A DNA stretch of 63,252 nucleotides, filler included, from Asterionella formosa (Eukaryota), in NCBI GenBank assembly GCA_002256025.1. It is 3 parts of 3 records of this genome, joined end to end, with 100 filler letters (N's around TTAATTAATTAA, not from the genome) between each part and the next. Parts side by side here need not be neighbours in the genome. Positions count along the whole stretch, not along the records: positions 1 to 30,590 come from NKIB01000846.1; 2 more parts are not named here. One strand, given 5' to 3'. The position numbers were made by a program, and so were the translations under genes. The notes under the pieces are model-generated. The model worked only from the letters and a program-made list of their open reading frames with translations. It ran no database searches and was not told the DNA's origin. This document shows positions 11,620-24,143 of the stretch, one piece after another (within the stretch, counting starts at the first letter, position 1; each line of letters begins with the position of its first letter).

Positions 11620-12100
11620 TTTTCATGTGCTTGCCGAAGCATACAGAGTCGAGGTTGACAGTTCAGCATCAATGGGACCCTCTCATTGCTGGACTCCATT
11701 TATACTCACCTGTCAATTGGTTTCCATGAATGGGACGTTTGATGCTTCACAGCACAACAAGAATTTCCCAGATAAAGGACTGATAGGACCTTCACTTTGC
11801 AGAAAGTTTACACAGCTTCACAAAGTTAAGAAACCAACTAGGGACCCAATGTGTCCTTCTGACGTGAGATATGCCAAACAAATCTTTCGAAGTATCGAGC
11901 AACAAGCAGACGCAAGTGCTGAGATTGACTCCACTGATCTTGGAATAGGTAGGGAACAGCACAATGAGCCCAATGTTGATGATGATTTTATAGCGATTTC
12001 TGGGGAGAGTGAAGACAATGGTGGAGCAACATCTGCTGCTTATGATAAATTCTCTGGTTCAAAGATTTCCTTGACCTACTATGGTGTCCCCTCGATTTAG
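11620..12100 (+). pseudogene. Frameshifted DUF6818 / Myb-SANT-like relic, probably TE-derived
   Basis: LLDSIYTHLSIGFHEWDV in one frame, then SLCRKFTQLHKVKKPTRDPMCPSDVRYAKQI in another, resembling SLRRKF..L...KKPTGDP.CP..VR.AK.I. Confidence 0.55.
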
Positions 12101-13299
12101 AGAGAAAACGGTGTCGAGCAATACTGGGCCTGTTGAGAAAAAGGCTGCTTTTTCTTTCTGTTGACGCAGTTGCTGCACAAGGCTACTAGAACTGATACTG
12201 ATAAAATGCGCGCAGCATCAACAACTACAGCAACAGAATATGATAAACATGATTATGATGTCAATCATGGNNNNNNNNNNNNNNNNNNNNNNNNNNNNNN
12301 NNNNNNNNNNNNNNNNNNNNNNNNNNNNNNNNNNNNNNNNNNNNNNNNNNNNNNNNNNNNNNNNNNNNNNNNNNNNNNNNNNNNNNNNNNNNNNNNNNNN
12401 NNNNNNNNNNNNNNNNNNNNNNNNNNNNNNNNNNNNNNNNNNNNNNNNNNNNNNNNNNNNNNNNNNNNNNNNNNNNNNNNNNNNNNNNNNNNNNNNNNNN
12501 NNNNNNNNNNNNNNNNCAATCATCCATATTTCTTCAGACAAATCATGATATTGGTATATCTGATGTTGGCAGCAAGTTTTTGCTCCAGTCCTTTATGTGC
12601 TTAATGGATATTCTAGTCATATAGTAGCCAACATACGTGATTGCAGCAACCAGATGATCTATACTACATAATGATGCAGATCTCATTTGGGTTCAGCTTT
12701 TTTGTTCATTTCTGTATTATTTCGCTCTTCAATTGTGTGATGGAAAGCCAATGTTGCCTGCGTAAGTACTACAATGCATACATCTCGACTGAAACTCGTA
12801 TTTTTTACTTCATTTCTAATCCAGAACAATTTGCTCCAAACATCATGTTCGATTTTCCTTGACAATGTAAGTTACAATCATTCTCATGTGCTTGATGCTT
12901 GTTTTACTATTTCTATTTCTATGCATATTATTGTTATTCTGGCTATCATGCTAAGAAGCAACGCGAACTTCTGAGACAAACGCGCGACTAGAATTTCGCA
13001 AGACATTGGGAATAAATCTGCGAGGTCTGTGCACGATACACATAAGGAATTTTCCACGCAGCGAGGAAGTACTGAGGTTCCCGTACCACCCCAGCTCCGC
13101 AATAACATCGAATAAAAAAACCACAAATTATATGATATATATATATGTATGAAGCAACAAAAAGAGCGAAGCAAACAACGAAGGAGTAGTTGATAATAAT
13201 TCTTGCTGCTGCAAACCAGGAGACATATGTAGCATTTCATAGTTGTCGCCTTGACAATCAACGACAGCGCATCAGTTCGAAGATTGCTCTTGATGCCAG

Positions 13300-14158
13300 A
13301 TGCTGTTCCTCTGGGCTCCCAATCTGATTCAGTTGATCATGACCGGAGGAACGATGACACGCATCTTGTCACTGGCGCTTCTCCTATTGAGCGCTGCTCC
13401 CCTTGCTTCCCTCTACGCGGTCGTGATTGGCATGGACATCAAGGGATCGAGCGTTTTCTATATGGCACCAAGCGGAGAGGCATCGGCTGAAGCTGGATCG
13501 TTGGCTGCTGTCTTGCAAAATCCAAAAGCTTCCCTCGAGGATTTGTTGGTTGCTATTTTCAAGGAGCGCTGGAATCCATCCACCGGGCAGGCTATGGACG
13601 CATACTTCTTATCGCAAATTCCAGCGTTGCAAGCTCATCACTGGACCGTCGTTGTGCCTTGGATTTTATCGTTAGTTCTTGGGGTTGTTTTTCCTTTTAT
13701 GCTCTCTGTTCTGAGCTACTTGCACGGCCACCATCAGGGTAGGGGGATTGGTCCGTCAAAAAGACGCAGACTCTTTCGAATCGCCAAATCGATTCAACAT
13801 CACAGAAAAGTAAGTGCGTTCATCTCTATTTGCATTCGCTGCTGACAGGAATCTCACTTGCTCCGTGTCTCAGACTTTAGAGGAGAGCGATGTAAATCTA
13901 GACGATTTAGATGATGAAAATCAACCGCGATGGAGAATTCCGTCGCCGGGAAAGCCTCGGACATTCAATGGAACACGAAATGTAAATAGTTTATGTGCCA
14001 TTTGTCTGAACCTATACTCAGTTGGTGATATTGTGGTTTGGTCGGACAACGAGAAATGTCACCATGTCTACCATGAAGATTGCATTTGTATGTGGTTGGT
14101 TCGTCGCCGCAAGCAATGTCCCGTTTGCCGACAATGCTTTCTACTCGCTGGGGATTGA
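13300..14158 (+). CDS. Membrane-anchored RING-H2 E3 ubiquitin ligase; exons 13300-13809 and 13874-14158
   Basis: Phase-0 GTAAGT...TCTCAG intron (13810-13873) joins TM segments to CAICL...C.H.YH..CI..W....CPVCR. Confidence 0.85.
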
Positions 14159-14263
14159 TTCGTGTGGCATGGAGCAGTTGGCACTGATGCTCGGAATGTA
14201 ATACTTCAGTAGCCATGTAAATTATATTGTACTTTCAAATTTAAAACTAATTGGTTCATGTGT

Positions 14264-16558
14264 TTATTCCGAGTCAGTGGATTCGTCATCACCATCAGCT
14301 GAACTGGGCTCCTGTCGTTGGAAGCTCTTAAGACCAGCGATATCCACGAATGCTTCCGTAGCAGGAGGCATAAAGGGCATTCTATATAAATCGGGCTCAC
14401 AGGATGGAATTGCAGGCTTCCGGCATCCCCTTCCGTTGACCTTTACTCTTGCAATAGACTGACAAAGCTCTGGATGGCCTCGCAAGCAGTTAGGGTGAAA
14501 ATAGCCTCCCTTATCTTTGCCGCGAGTGAAACGCTGAAATGAATACATGTATAGCTGCCTTCGGAAAGACGACAATTTGGTTTGTCTGAAAAAACGGGGC
14601 ATGATTTCTTGAGCAAATTTATCTGGTTGATGAACGAGGAAACTTCGGCCGTGAGGCATCCAGGATATAGCTTCGCTGTTGCCATCGATTTCCAGTGAAT
14701 CCAGCATTCGCTGGAGTTTCACAGGAAAGGAAACATGGCTTAATGGACGCCGAGGAGCGGTATCGACACTTGTTCCTTCAGCAGATCCATCCTCCATCGA
14801 GTCATCGTCCGCCTCATCCGAGGAAGTAGTTGCCACAATTGGAGGAGCTGGAAGTGTTCCACCTATCGGTGGGACGGTTGACATTAAATAAAAATTTGGT
14901 TCTTGAGATGGATTTCCAGCTGCCCGGATCCCGTTGCCATTCACCTTTTGCCGTATCATTCGACGGCTCAAAAACTGCATGCCTCTCAGGAATAATTCAT
15001 GATAGTAGCCACCTTTGTCTGGACCGACGCTTAAGCGGTGAAAGCCGTAGAGGTTGAGTTGCCGCAAAAACGATGACTTCTTCTTCATCACAAAATATTG
15101 AGGGAGAATTTGCCGCTCAAACTCAGGTTGTTTGTGAATCTTGAACGAGCGACCGTGAGGCTGCCATGAAATGATGTGGCCGTTGCCATCATTTTCAATA
15201 TCAATCAACGCCTCGTGAAGCTTGATTGGAAAGGACGAAATGCTACTAGATTTCCCAGTCATCCCACTATTCAATGGAGCATCTAGAGGCGTTAGTTTCT
15301 CCTGTGAGTTATCGTTGTATATATGCTGGACAATATGTCGTTGATTGTTCTTGGCAGTAAGTCCAGTTACAACTTTGTCAGGGATAGTAGCGGTACGATC
15401 TCGTTTATCAGAATTTGATTCGTTATTTTGATGGTTGACATGGTTCATCGGAAGTTTCCGAGGTTTTGGTTTGATTCCGGCACCTTCGTCGTGTTTGGCC
15501 TGGAGCGGTTTGATATCTACCTTCGCCCTGACTTGAGACAGCATAGTTGTCTCGTCTTTCGTTCGATGTGGTGATTTCCCCTTTATTTTCTCGCTGATTT
15601 GAGACGGCATTATTGTTTCTTCCTTTTTTCTGTGGTTCGGTTGTTCCTTTGCTTCCATGCTCATTTGAACTAACATTTTCGTTGCTTCGTCTTTCCTCTG
15701 AATAGATTTTTTCCTTACTTCCTCGCTTATTTGAGCAAGCATATCCATTGGAGACTCTGAAATTTTCTCTAATGAAGAAGGCTGCTGGTTGTTGGGGCAT
15801 TCCTGTACTTCTGCTGGGACTTGCAGATTTGACTGTATCTGTGTTGAAAATAGATTCGGATATTCGCTACCCAGTTGTATGGTTAAGCAAGCCACTACAG
15901 AGCATAGTGCAATTTCCTGTCCTGGTAATCCAGAGACAAATAGTCCCCCGACGACAACACTAATTGGGGCAACTGTCACCGAAGGAGGCAACACTTCCAT
16001 CAGTTTGATCATATCGACTGCCATCGGAGTTGAGGGCGATTGTGGCTCGGCTGGCACTCCCAGCTTAACATGCACTTGCAGTCCATGTTGTGATTGCATA
16101 GAAATTCTCAAGGTAGAGCGGTCCAGGGCATCTCGCAGAGCTCGAATGGCTGCTTCTGTCGCATTCGACATTGATGAGTAGAATTGGCCAGCATGAATAC
16201 CAATGCCAACGGTAGATATGCTAACGCTGGGCATATGAAATGTGGGGATGTGTTGTTGGCTAGCAGGCACTCCCGAAGTATGAACGAACATAGGAGTCGA
16301 AGGATATGCACAAAATGGTGGTGCTAAGGTGGACATCCTTAGTTGTCGAGAAATGTCAACATCTTGATGCTGAGCTTGGTGATCACGTTCTGATTGCATC
16401 TCATGTTCCATTCTAGCCATTCGGACAGCAACCATAGTCTCGCTAGCATGGACGAAGGGAGGTAATAGGGATCGTTCCGTTTGAATTTTGTGAGTCCCAA
16501 TTGTGTGAGTGTCAGCATTCCCGTTGAAGAGAATCGCACTCTTCGCATTTGTTGCCAT
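14264..16558 (-). CDS. Heat-shock-factor-type transcription factor: N-terminal Lin0512-like domain plus two HSF DNA-binding domains
   Basis: DBD1 FPIKLH...ISWQPHGRSF...SSFLRQLNLYGF; DBD2 FPVKLQ...SWMPHGRSF...SSFRRQLYMYSF; N-terminal ATEAAIRALRDAL...VHVKLGVP...VVVGGL. First in-frame ATG at 16558; true start uncertain. Confidence 0.9.
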   Translation of the reverse strand: MATNAKSAILFNGNADTHTIGTHKIQTERSLLPPFVHASETMVAVRMARMEHEMQSERDHQAQHQDVDISRQLRMSTLAPPFCAYPSTPMFVHTSGVPASQQHIPTFHMPSVSISTVGIGIHAGQFYSSMSNATEAAIRALRDALDRSTLRISMQSQHGLQVHVKLGVPAEPQSPSTPMAVDMIKLMEVLPPSVTVAPISVVVGGLFVSGLPGQEIALCSVVACLTIQLGSEYPNLFSTQIQSNLQVPAEVQECPNNQQPSSLEKISESPMDMLAQISEEVRKKSIQRKDEATKMLVQMSMEAKEQPNHRKKEETIMPSQISEKIKGKSPHRTKDETTMLSQVRAKVDIKPLQAKHDEGAGIKPKPRKLPMNHVNHQNNESNSDKRDRTATIPDKVVTGLTAKNNQRHIVQHIYNDNSQEKLTPLDAPLNSGMTGKSSSISSFPIKLHEALIDIENDGNGHIISWQPHGRSFKIHKQPEFERQILPQYFVMKKKSSFLRQLNLYGFHRLSVGPDKGGYYHELFLRGMQFLSRRMIRQKVNGNGIRAAGNPSQEPNFYLMSTVPPIGGTLPAPPIVATTSSDEADDDSMEDGSAEGTSVDTAPRRPLSHVSFPVKLQRMLDSLEIDGNSEAISWMPHGRSFLVHQPDKFAQEIMPRFFRQTKLSSFRRQLYMYSFQRFTRGKDKGGYFHPNCLRGHPELCQSIARVKVNGRGCRKPAIPSCEPDLYRMPFMPPATEAFVDIAGLKSFQRQEPSSADGDDESTDSE

Positions 16559-17314
16559 GACGTATTTCGTGCTTTTGGGGAGGACTTTGCTATTATTCTG
16601 TGGCGTTGATTGCACTCTGAACGTTTGCGACTTCCTTTCCGGTCTTTTGACACTGATTTCGTGCCATCAACTTGACTTGCTGGCACGACTACTGATCTCG
16701 TTCTGTGCTGTCAAGAAGTTTGACACAGTTCCCATATTTGTTAACGTCAGAAAGGTGCTTGATGGACCAGTTCTCTTTTCTTTTATTGCTCCACAGCCTC
16801 CTGTTGATAAATTTACTAACGCACCACAATATATTGGTTGACTTCTGACGGATGTACGTATACATGTACAGACATTATTTATACATAATTTACGTGCGTA
16901 CCTTATACGAACCGTGAACCACGTGTGCACCATAAAAGCGCCCACAGTTCTGATTTGCTGATGCATGATGTACAGCATATGGACTTCCGGTATACGGAAC
17001 GGTACCAGATGGGGTACTCGAGTGCCATGTATTCCAAAACGAGTGACTGCCGCAATGCATCAGGAAGGGCGGACACGCCTTCGGGGTTCTGAAATGACGG
17101 GAGCTCGCGAACGGATGTACGATAGTGGGTTCGCAGTGTTTTGTAACTAAAACTTCTTCGGGTTGATGACACGAAACCGAACCGCAACGACGACAGAAGT
17201 ACTGGTACATTTATATGACATGATTGTATCGATTATATGTACCGGTATGTAAAATTAAAAGAACGAAAATACCGACATGCGTATCAGTGTGCGAATAGTA
17301 ACGGTACCATGATA

Positions 17315-19540
17315 CCACTTTAAAACTGTAAGCCACCGTTATTTTACTCTATCTTTCGACTAAAAATATTTATGTAATTCAACAATCAAAACTTGACTCA
17401 AGTACAAAGCTTATGTTAGACAATGCTCTCTGCTATACTATTAAGGAATCAGTTTTGATTCTGTGTATCTAGCCATGAAGAAATAATTTTTCCAAAGTCA
17501 CTAAGATTATTGCATAGCGGTGGCTTACAGTGCATATTTTTCTATGTGTACATGAATATATATTCCCCCCAAACCGTGTTTATTTTTACTCCGTTAATAC
17601 TACAAAAATTATTTTCTTATTACTTTACATTTTACACTTTTGCAGGGCAGCATCATCATTGGAGAATTCTTCTGATGCATTACATTAATCTCAAGCTTCT
17701 TTGCATCCAATTACTTGCTTGTGGAGTCTCAAACTTCATCACGGAATGGTGGATCGGCAGTAGCAGTTGTAGAAGGAGAGGGAATACCAACAGGAGGAGG
17801 TGCAGTAACAATGACCACAGCAATAGGAGGTGAATGGAGAGGGAATGGTAGCTGCCGGTCACCAGCATGGTGATTGGTGTCGTCGAATCTTGTAATCAGA
17901 GCTTGCCTTGTTTGTGGAATCGGCAAATCACCTGATTGTTTGTAACCAACGCACCATTAATTTCAATTCTGACACAGACATCTGTTCTTTTGTTTTGTTC
18001 TGTTCTGTTCCTTCAATGTAAGTACTTTTCTACGAAGTGTATTGAATTCTTGTTGCCTTTTTGTTTCTTCTTTTGTACAAATGACAACGTCTGAAATTCG
18101 CTTCCGTTCCAGTGTAGCAGCAAGAATATTTGGCCCAAGGGCAAAGGTTGCTTTGTGCGGAGGCCAGTAGTCCTGCTGTTATCCTCTTCTTGTGTCCCTC
18201 AATGTGTGAATCCGCTGTCTCCTTTCTCTTTCTAGCTTGGGCCTCCCGGTCGATTCCATTTCGCACCTCCTCGCGTTTGCAAAACTCGTTAATTCTTCCA
18301 ACAATTATTCCAGCAAAGCCAGTTTGGATGTTTAACTCATCAGGAGGGAGAGTGGCAGTCTCTGTGGACGCATTGATGTTCTGTTGTCGTTCATAAATTG
18401 CTTTCTTCTTGTTTGTGGCAATATTTGCAAAGGAATTGTCCCATGCCGTATTCACCAGTCCAACAATGTCAATCTTGTTAATTGTAAGCTCTTTCCTGTG
18501 ATCTGCTTTTGAGGTGAGCAATTTGCGTTTTGCTTTTGTGATGTTCATTTTGAAACAACCGTTTTGCTCACTACTGTCTCCAACCTGCCAGTAGCTTGTA
18601 CCATAAGAAACACCAATACAGACTGTCCAATTGTGTACTGGGTTGGTTATGTATTCAAGGAACAAAATGTCAAATCGAGACCTATGTCCATCAGGTATTA
18701 GGAATGGTGGGGGCCCGTTGTTTCGAGGAAAGATGCCAGAGTCATCCATGTGCTTTAGCATGCCAACCAGAAGCTCTGAAGCGATTTAGCCGTTTTCCGA
18801 CACACAACAGTATGTAGGCAACTGTTTCCCTTCCACATCACAGACTGGTCCTTGTGGATATTGTTTTCCCTTTCCGCTGTTGCCATGTATGTTTTCATCT
18901 TCTCCTTCCCAAGCAGCAAACGGATCTAGGCCAAGCTTCTAGCTCCCTAATCACATTGTTAGCTAAGACAAATCTGAACACTGACCAACTCTTCAGGAGA
19001 CAATTTCTTTCGAGGCGCTTTCGAGGTCATGATGTTGGTATTGTGATGGGTGATGGGTGATTGCTGTGTTTGCATTTAATTTTTGTTCTCATAATTTGGG
19101 CGTGCCAGGAATTCCTATTTGATGTTTTCCATTAGTGAATTTATCTCTTTATTATGGCGCATGAGCGAAAGCGCAATGACGTTGTAGCCATATTAAATAA
19201 ATTATAGAGGATACTAAATTAGTTTTCTAGCGGAGGAATATTGTAATACCTGTATACATATATAAAAGGTAATGCTTGCTCAATCGAGTAAACGTGAAAA
19301 TATCCAATTTTCGCAATTTCACGTAGACAGCAACCTTTGGGCGATAATACCTAATTAACAATGTACACAATGCAACAATACAAGTACGGAAGTATTTACT
19401 CGCTATATAAATCTGAACAACTCGTTAGTGACAATAAATAGAGTATCTTGTGAACTAAGTTCAAACCGTGCGTTTACTCCGTTTAGCGGTGGCTTACAGT
19501 TAAAAAGTCGCCGTAGCGGTGGCTTACAGTTTTTAAGTGG
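17315..19540 (-). mobile_element. Defective pogo-like (Tc1/mariner superfamily) DNA transposon with TIRs and TA target-site duplication
   Basis: TA|ccactttaaaactgtaagccaccg at 17313 and cggtggcttacagtttttaagtgg|TA ending 19542 (1 mismatch). Extra TIR-core copies near 17515 and 19485; internal DDE relic. Confidence 0.9.
18030..18860 (-). pseudogene. DDE_1 (pogo/CENP-B-type) transposase fragment
   Basis: PPFLIPDGHRSRF...CIGVSYGTSYWQVGDSSEQNGCFK; N-terminus missing and frameshifted. Confidence 0.85.
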
Positions 19541-20075
19541 TACCAGGGTACCAGGTACCCGATAATCGAACAAGAGAGAGTTTATGCATAACAAAGCAAA
19601 GAGAGGAGGCAAGTTCATTGGGTATTCTTCTGGTTGACCATATCGGTTTACATACATCTTTACAAACCATCAAGCAATTTGAATCCTGTTCTTACGTTGC
19701 TTCTCTCTGCTACCGTAGAAGCGTGGAAAAATGGGGAGAATGTAGGAGATCCTGCTACATTTTTGGGGAGAAATTCTCTCCTTTTTTCCGCGCTGACGTT
19801 TATTCCCCTCTAGCTTTTAACACGTATATTTTCTGCGGCCCCGTCAGCAGCGGCTTTTTGGGGAGACTTTTCTCCCCAAAAACGTGTAGAAAAAGCGTTC
19901 AATTTTGTACCATCGTAGGATTCAGGTTGACAGTACATGCATGATAGCCACTGCTAATAGCTATACCGATAGTACTAGCTAGGGGTTCCGACTCAGCAAA
20001 TTATGAACATCAATTGAGAACAACAACAATCAACAATATACCTATGGAAGCGACCCACTGCCGCATCAAAATATC

Positions 20076-21575
20076 ATGTCAGACAATGAAGAAATAGCTT
20101 GTGCATCTCAAAAGAGCGAGATGCATGGTGAAGAAGCTACCAAGGTCAACTGCACATAACTGCCCTGGATGTGGGTATAGCATTCAAGCTCTTTGCGGTC
20201 ATTTGCATGAAGAAGCAGATATTCAGTTCAAAACAGCATGCTTCCATTGCTATGAAAAGTTTGGTTGCGCCCTGATGGATCCAGATGATGCAACTGCATT
20301 GCAACAACTGCAACAAGATGAAGAGAGGAGACATGATTCCAATCAAGGACAAGAGGAGGGCATAGTAGAACTTGGGCATGTAAATATCATGGATAGCATT
20401 TCACCACCAGAGATTGACAAACAAGGCAGCATTATTAGAGAACATGATACACAAAAAGCGAAGAAGGAAGCAAATAAAATGAAGTCCCTACAGCTCATGA
20501 ATTTAGCAAATATCAGAGGGAACACAAGAGCAAAATCAACAATGAGCCGGCACCAGTCTGAACATGAAATCTTTCTGTTATATTTATATAAACATGAGGA
20601 CCAGCTACTAGTAGGACTGGAGATGCTAGCGCAAATCAGATATATCACTGGTGATGATATTGACGACATTCCAAATCATATGAAGAAAGCAAGATCTGTG
20701 ATACGCAGTTTTCTTGTAAGGGAAGTCTCTACAGGATTGCATCCAATTAAATTTGAGGACTTGCTTAAAGCCTACAGACTTCGCAAAGTATCTTGAGACC
20801 CTCATTAATCCAATGACAGGCTGTCTACTTAGTCAGAAGATGTATAAAAACAAGAAGACATCACTTTACAGCCTGTTTAAGAAGTATAAGATGAAGGCTA
20901 CAGACAACTTTGATGATGAGCTGAAAGATCTCATTGCTGGCGTCAAATGAATTGCAAGTAAGGCAAAACAAGATGGGATGGGTAGCCTTGAGGAGGGAAA
21001 ACGTGAATTGACAATCGACCTGTACCGAAAAATAAACATATGGTTGATTGAAGATGGCTCTCCATCAGCTGTTTTTGCACGTGCATTTTTATGTGTAACT
21101 TAGAATTTGACGTGCTTTGTTGATAGTACTGATGGTGTCTATATCAAGCATTTGGTTTGGAGTCAAGATGCTGTGGGGATTCGATTTTCTCATACAAAAA
21201 ATGATCAAGATGGCTCTAAGAATTTCAAGCCCCGACACTACTACACCAACCCTGAGGATTTTGCATTGTGCCCAATAACTGCATTGTTTGAGTACATGAC
21301 ATGCTCCCCAGAAATTCTACAAGATACAGATGGTCTATTGTTTCCTGGTGCAGAGCAGAAGGATTGATTCTGAAAAATTATCAAGAGGTTGCTTCATGGA
21401 CATGAAGGCGATCTAGATGGATATGAGGTGGAGGATATTGGTACCCACAGCATCAGGAAGAAGGGTGCAACAACATATGCATCGAGTGGCTCTACAGCAA
21501 GTTCATCAAGTGTGGTGATCAACAATCGAGGTGGTTGGACTATTACAGAGAATGTGCAAATGTATGATGGTTGCT
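20076..21575 (+). mobile_element. Decayed Crypton (tyrosine-recombinase) element, copy 1
   Basis: Across stops and frameshifts: EGKRELT, T*NL, HTKNDQDG..KPRHYYTNP....CPITAL, DIGTHSIRK.GATTYASSGST...RGGWT. N-terminal Cys/His-rich segment. Confidence 0.85.
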
Positions 21576-22268
21576 AGATTCAAGCAATGTAAACATGATA
21601 AAATGTTAGAAATAATGATTTTGAAGCCAACTAGCTTTATACTGTTGACTAATACCATAGAGAGATATTACGGATACATACAGTATTGTCTACCGGGTAC
21701 CATGAGAAAAGGCAGCATACTATTGTTCTTAATTGGGTGATACCTCCATTGTAAGAGTGTATACGGTGGTACATATACCAGTATACCTACCCGGTATGAT
21801 AGGTGTAGGTTATTGAGGGGAACCTTGTCATTAACAAACAAGGTGAGCTACAATATTATGACTAACCGGTATGTTCTATGGCTGTCATTCGATTATCGCA
21901 ACACTAGATCTGGTGGCTATGCTGGTACTGGCTGAACGGCACATCGTAGTACATGATTCCCATGGATCAATACAGGTCTCCCATATGATAACCTGGTACC
22001 AGCTAGCTACCGGGATCTGGGACGGAGTACAGTACCTGGTACCAGGTACCAACTGTATACTATTATTGGCCGAACTATATATCCCGCTACTGGTACATAT
22101 GTGCAAACGACGACAAATGATTCACAGGATCAAACAAACATGCGGTTTGTACAAGCGTCCTCTTTTCTTGATAGTACAATTTTTGGGGAGACAAAACTCT
22201 CCATTTTTCTGCCCTGATTAAGTTGCGTCCCGGTACTGGTACTGGTATCAGTGCCATAGTACATGGTA

Positions 22269-23072
22269 CTCCCTCTGGTAGAAAATAACTGCGGCGATTG
22301 TTAACATTTCTCCGCCGCAATTTTGACTGCTACGATTTTCTCCGGCTCAATTGCCCTTATGTGCGCAATCACATAAGCTACAGATCCATGTAAAATGTAT
22401 ATATATTAAATTTAAAATTGGCATCTACGTATCAAAACAACGTTTTGGGGCTTATTTGATTTTAACTTATGGCTATCTCGAGCAAAATGCAAATGCATGA
22501 GGACCCATTTTTCATCGAACCATCTATTCTCAACATACTTATGAAGTAGGACATAAAAGTAGAACAATGAAAACTTGCATTCATTTATGGAATGCGCAAC
22601 CCCAAAAGTTGCAATGGTAGGAAGGAAGAAAATGATTCCATGCTCATTTTCAGGAAATCACTGTTAAATATATCGAACCATCTATTCTCAACATACTTAT
22701 GAAGTATGACATAAAAGTAGAGCAATGGCAACTTGCATTCATTTATGGAATGCGCAACCCCAAAAGTTGCAATGGCAGGAAGGAAGAAAATAATTCCATG
22801 CTCATTTTCAGGAAATCACTATTAAATATCCTGCAGTACGGTCAATGTAAGTACAACAACTGTAGAAAGCATACAAAAAGACAGTTACTCTATTTATGTT
22901 ATAATTATGATAGTGGCTTGTTCTATTTGGTTTCCCGCAAATATTTGAGTGGCCGGCCAATATAAAACGGCATTTGCCAATATGCACATGTACGTAATTA
23001 ATATAGGTATGTTAAATTGGTTTCAAACAGTTTAATTAGATGCTATTAATTAACAAAAACAGAAACAGAGGG
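22269..23072. mobile_element. Putative Stowaway-like/Tc1-mariner MITE
   Basis: Starts TA|ctccctctg and ends cagaggg|TA. Interior is homologous, inverted, to 32084-32505, which also starts TA|ctccctctg. Confidence 0.5.
22515..22830. repeat. Tandem duplication, 2 x ~157 bp
   Basis: tcgaaccatctattctcaacatacttatgaagt...caggaaatcact.ttaaatat occurs twice head-to-tail. Confidence 0.9.
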
Positions 23073-24143
23073 TATGTTCACACCTATGTAACTAATAACG
23101 AACGCATTTTTTCGGGTAAGCCGATCCTCACATAGAAGGTTGGTATGTTGGCTACGAAATCCTTCTTATGCGAACAGTAAAGACACTAGTGGTGCCAGCA
23201 ATTCGGCGCAATTACTTTCAAACAGATGGATTACCAGGTACACAGGAGTATTGCCCTGGTAAATTATTGTTTACTCGCTCCTGTTGTACCAGGTACCAGT
23301 ACCCTCAGAGGGCACCAGGGAGAACCAGCGAGTTGTGGTCGTTTTCCTGCAAACGACAACATGTCACTGCTGGACAGGGGCTTATTTAATCTTATCTAAA
23401 GACCATCTTCTATTCATAGCATGATTCAGTGAAATAAATAGTAAAACTCTTCTAGTTGCGCTAAATTTCAACCTTGTCTCAAAACATACACAAAGGTTTG
23501 CAATTGTTCCTTATCAACACCTTAAAGTACTTGCTGAACTGACGACAGAAATGATGAACGAAATGAATCTATGGAAGAAGCCAGAAATCCTGGTGAACAC
23601 AGTATGTACCATCAGGCATACATATACGTATGCATCCTTCATACATCATTTAAATAACGGCCTGGTGGTATGAGATGACGACAGAGGAAAAACATGAATT
23701 TGTTACCGGCATACCATGCATTATAGTACTATGCACATGGTACCCTGGTACCAGGTATCACCTAAAAACTGAGAGTCATACAAACTTTCAGTTTTGTCTA
23801 TTGCTCAAAATTGGCTGGGTCTGAAGGCGATTTAGATACATATGTGAATTTCAAATAGCATCAGTATATAATTTCTAGCAAGAAACTGCAGAAAGGAGCT
23901 CGTCTGTGAATAGATTTTCCATTAGATCTAACGTTTTACTCAGCATACGTTAAAAACTGATTGATTATTCAAATATTTTGATATGTTGATGATGATTTTG
24001 ATATATCAACGCCGTGTCTGTATGATCAATCAAATTTGTACGTTAGGTTACTAGCATCCACACGTTAGGTTATGCATATATAAGAACTCGTATATATTGG
24101 TTACCAAATCTAATCGGTTTGTCGTGTATTCTCCATTTATGCA

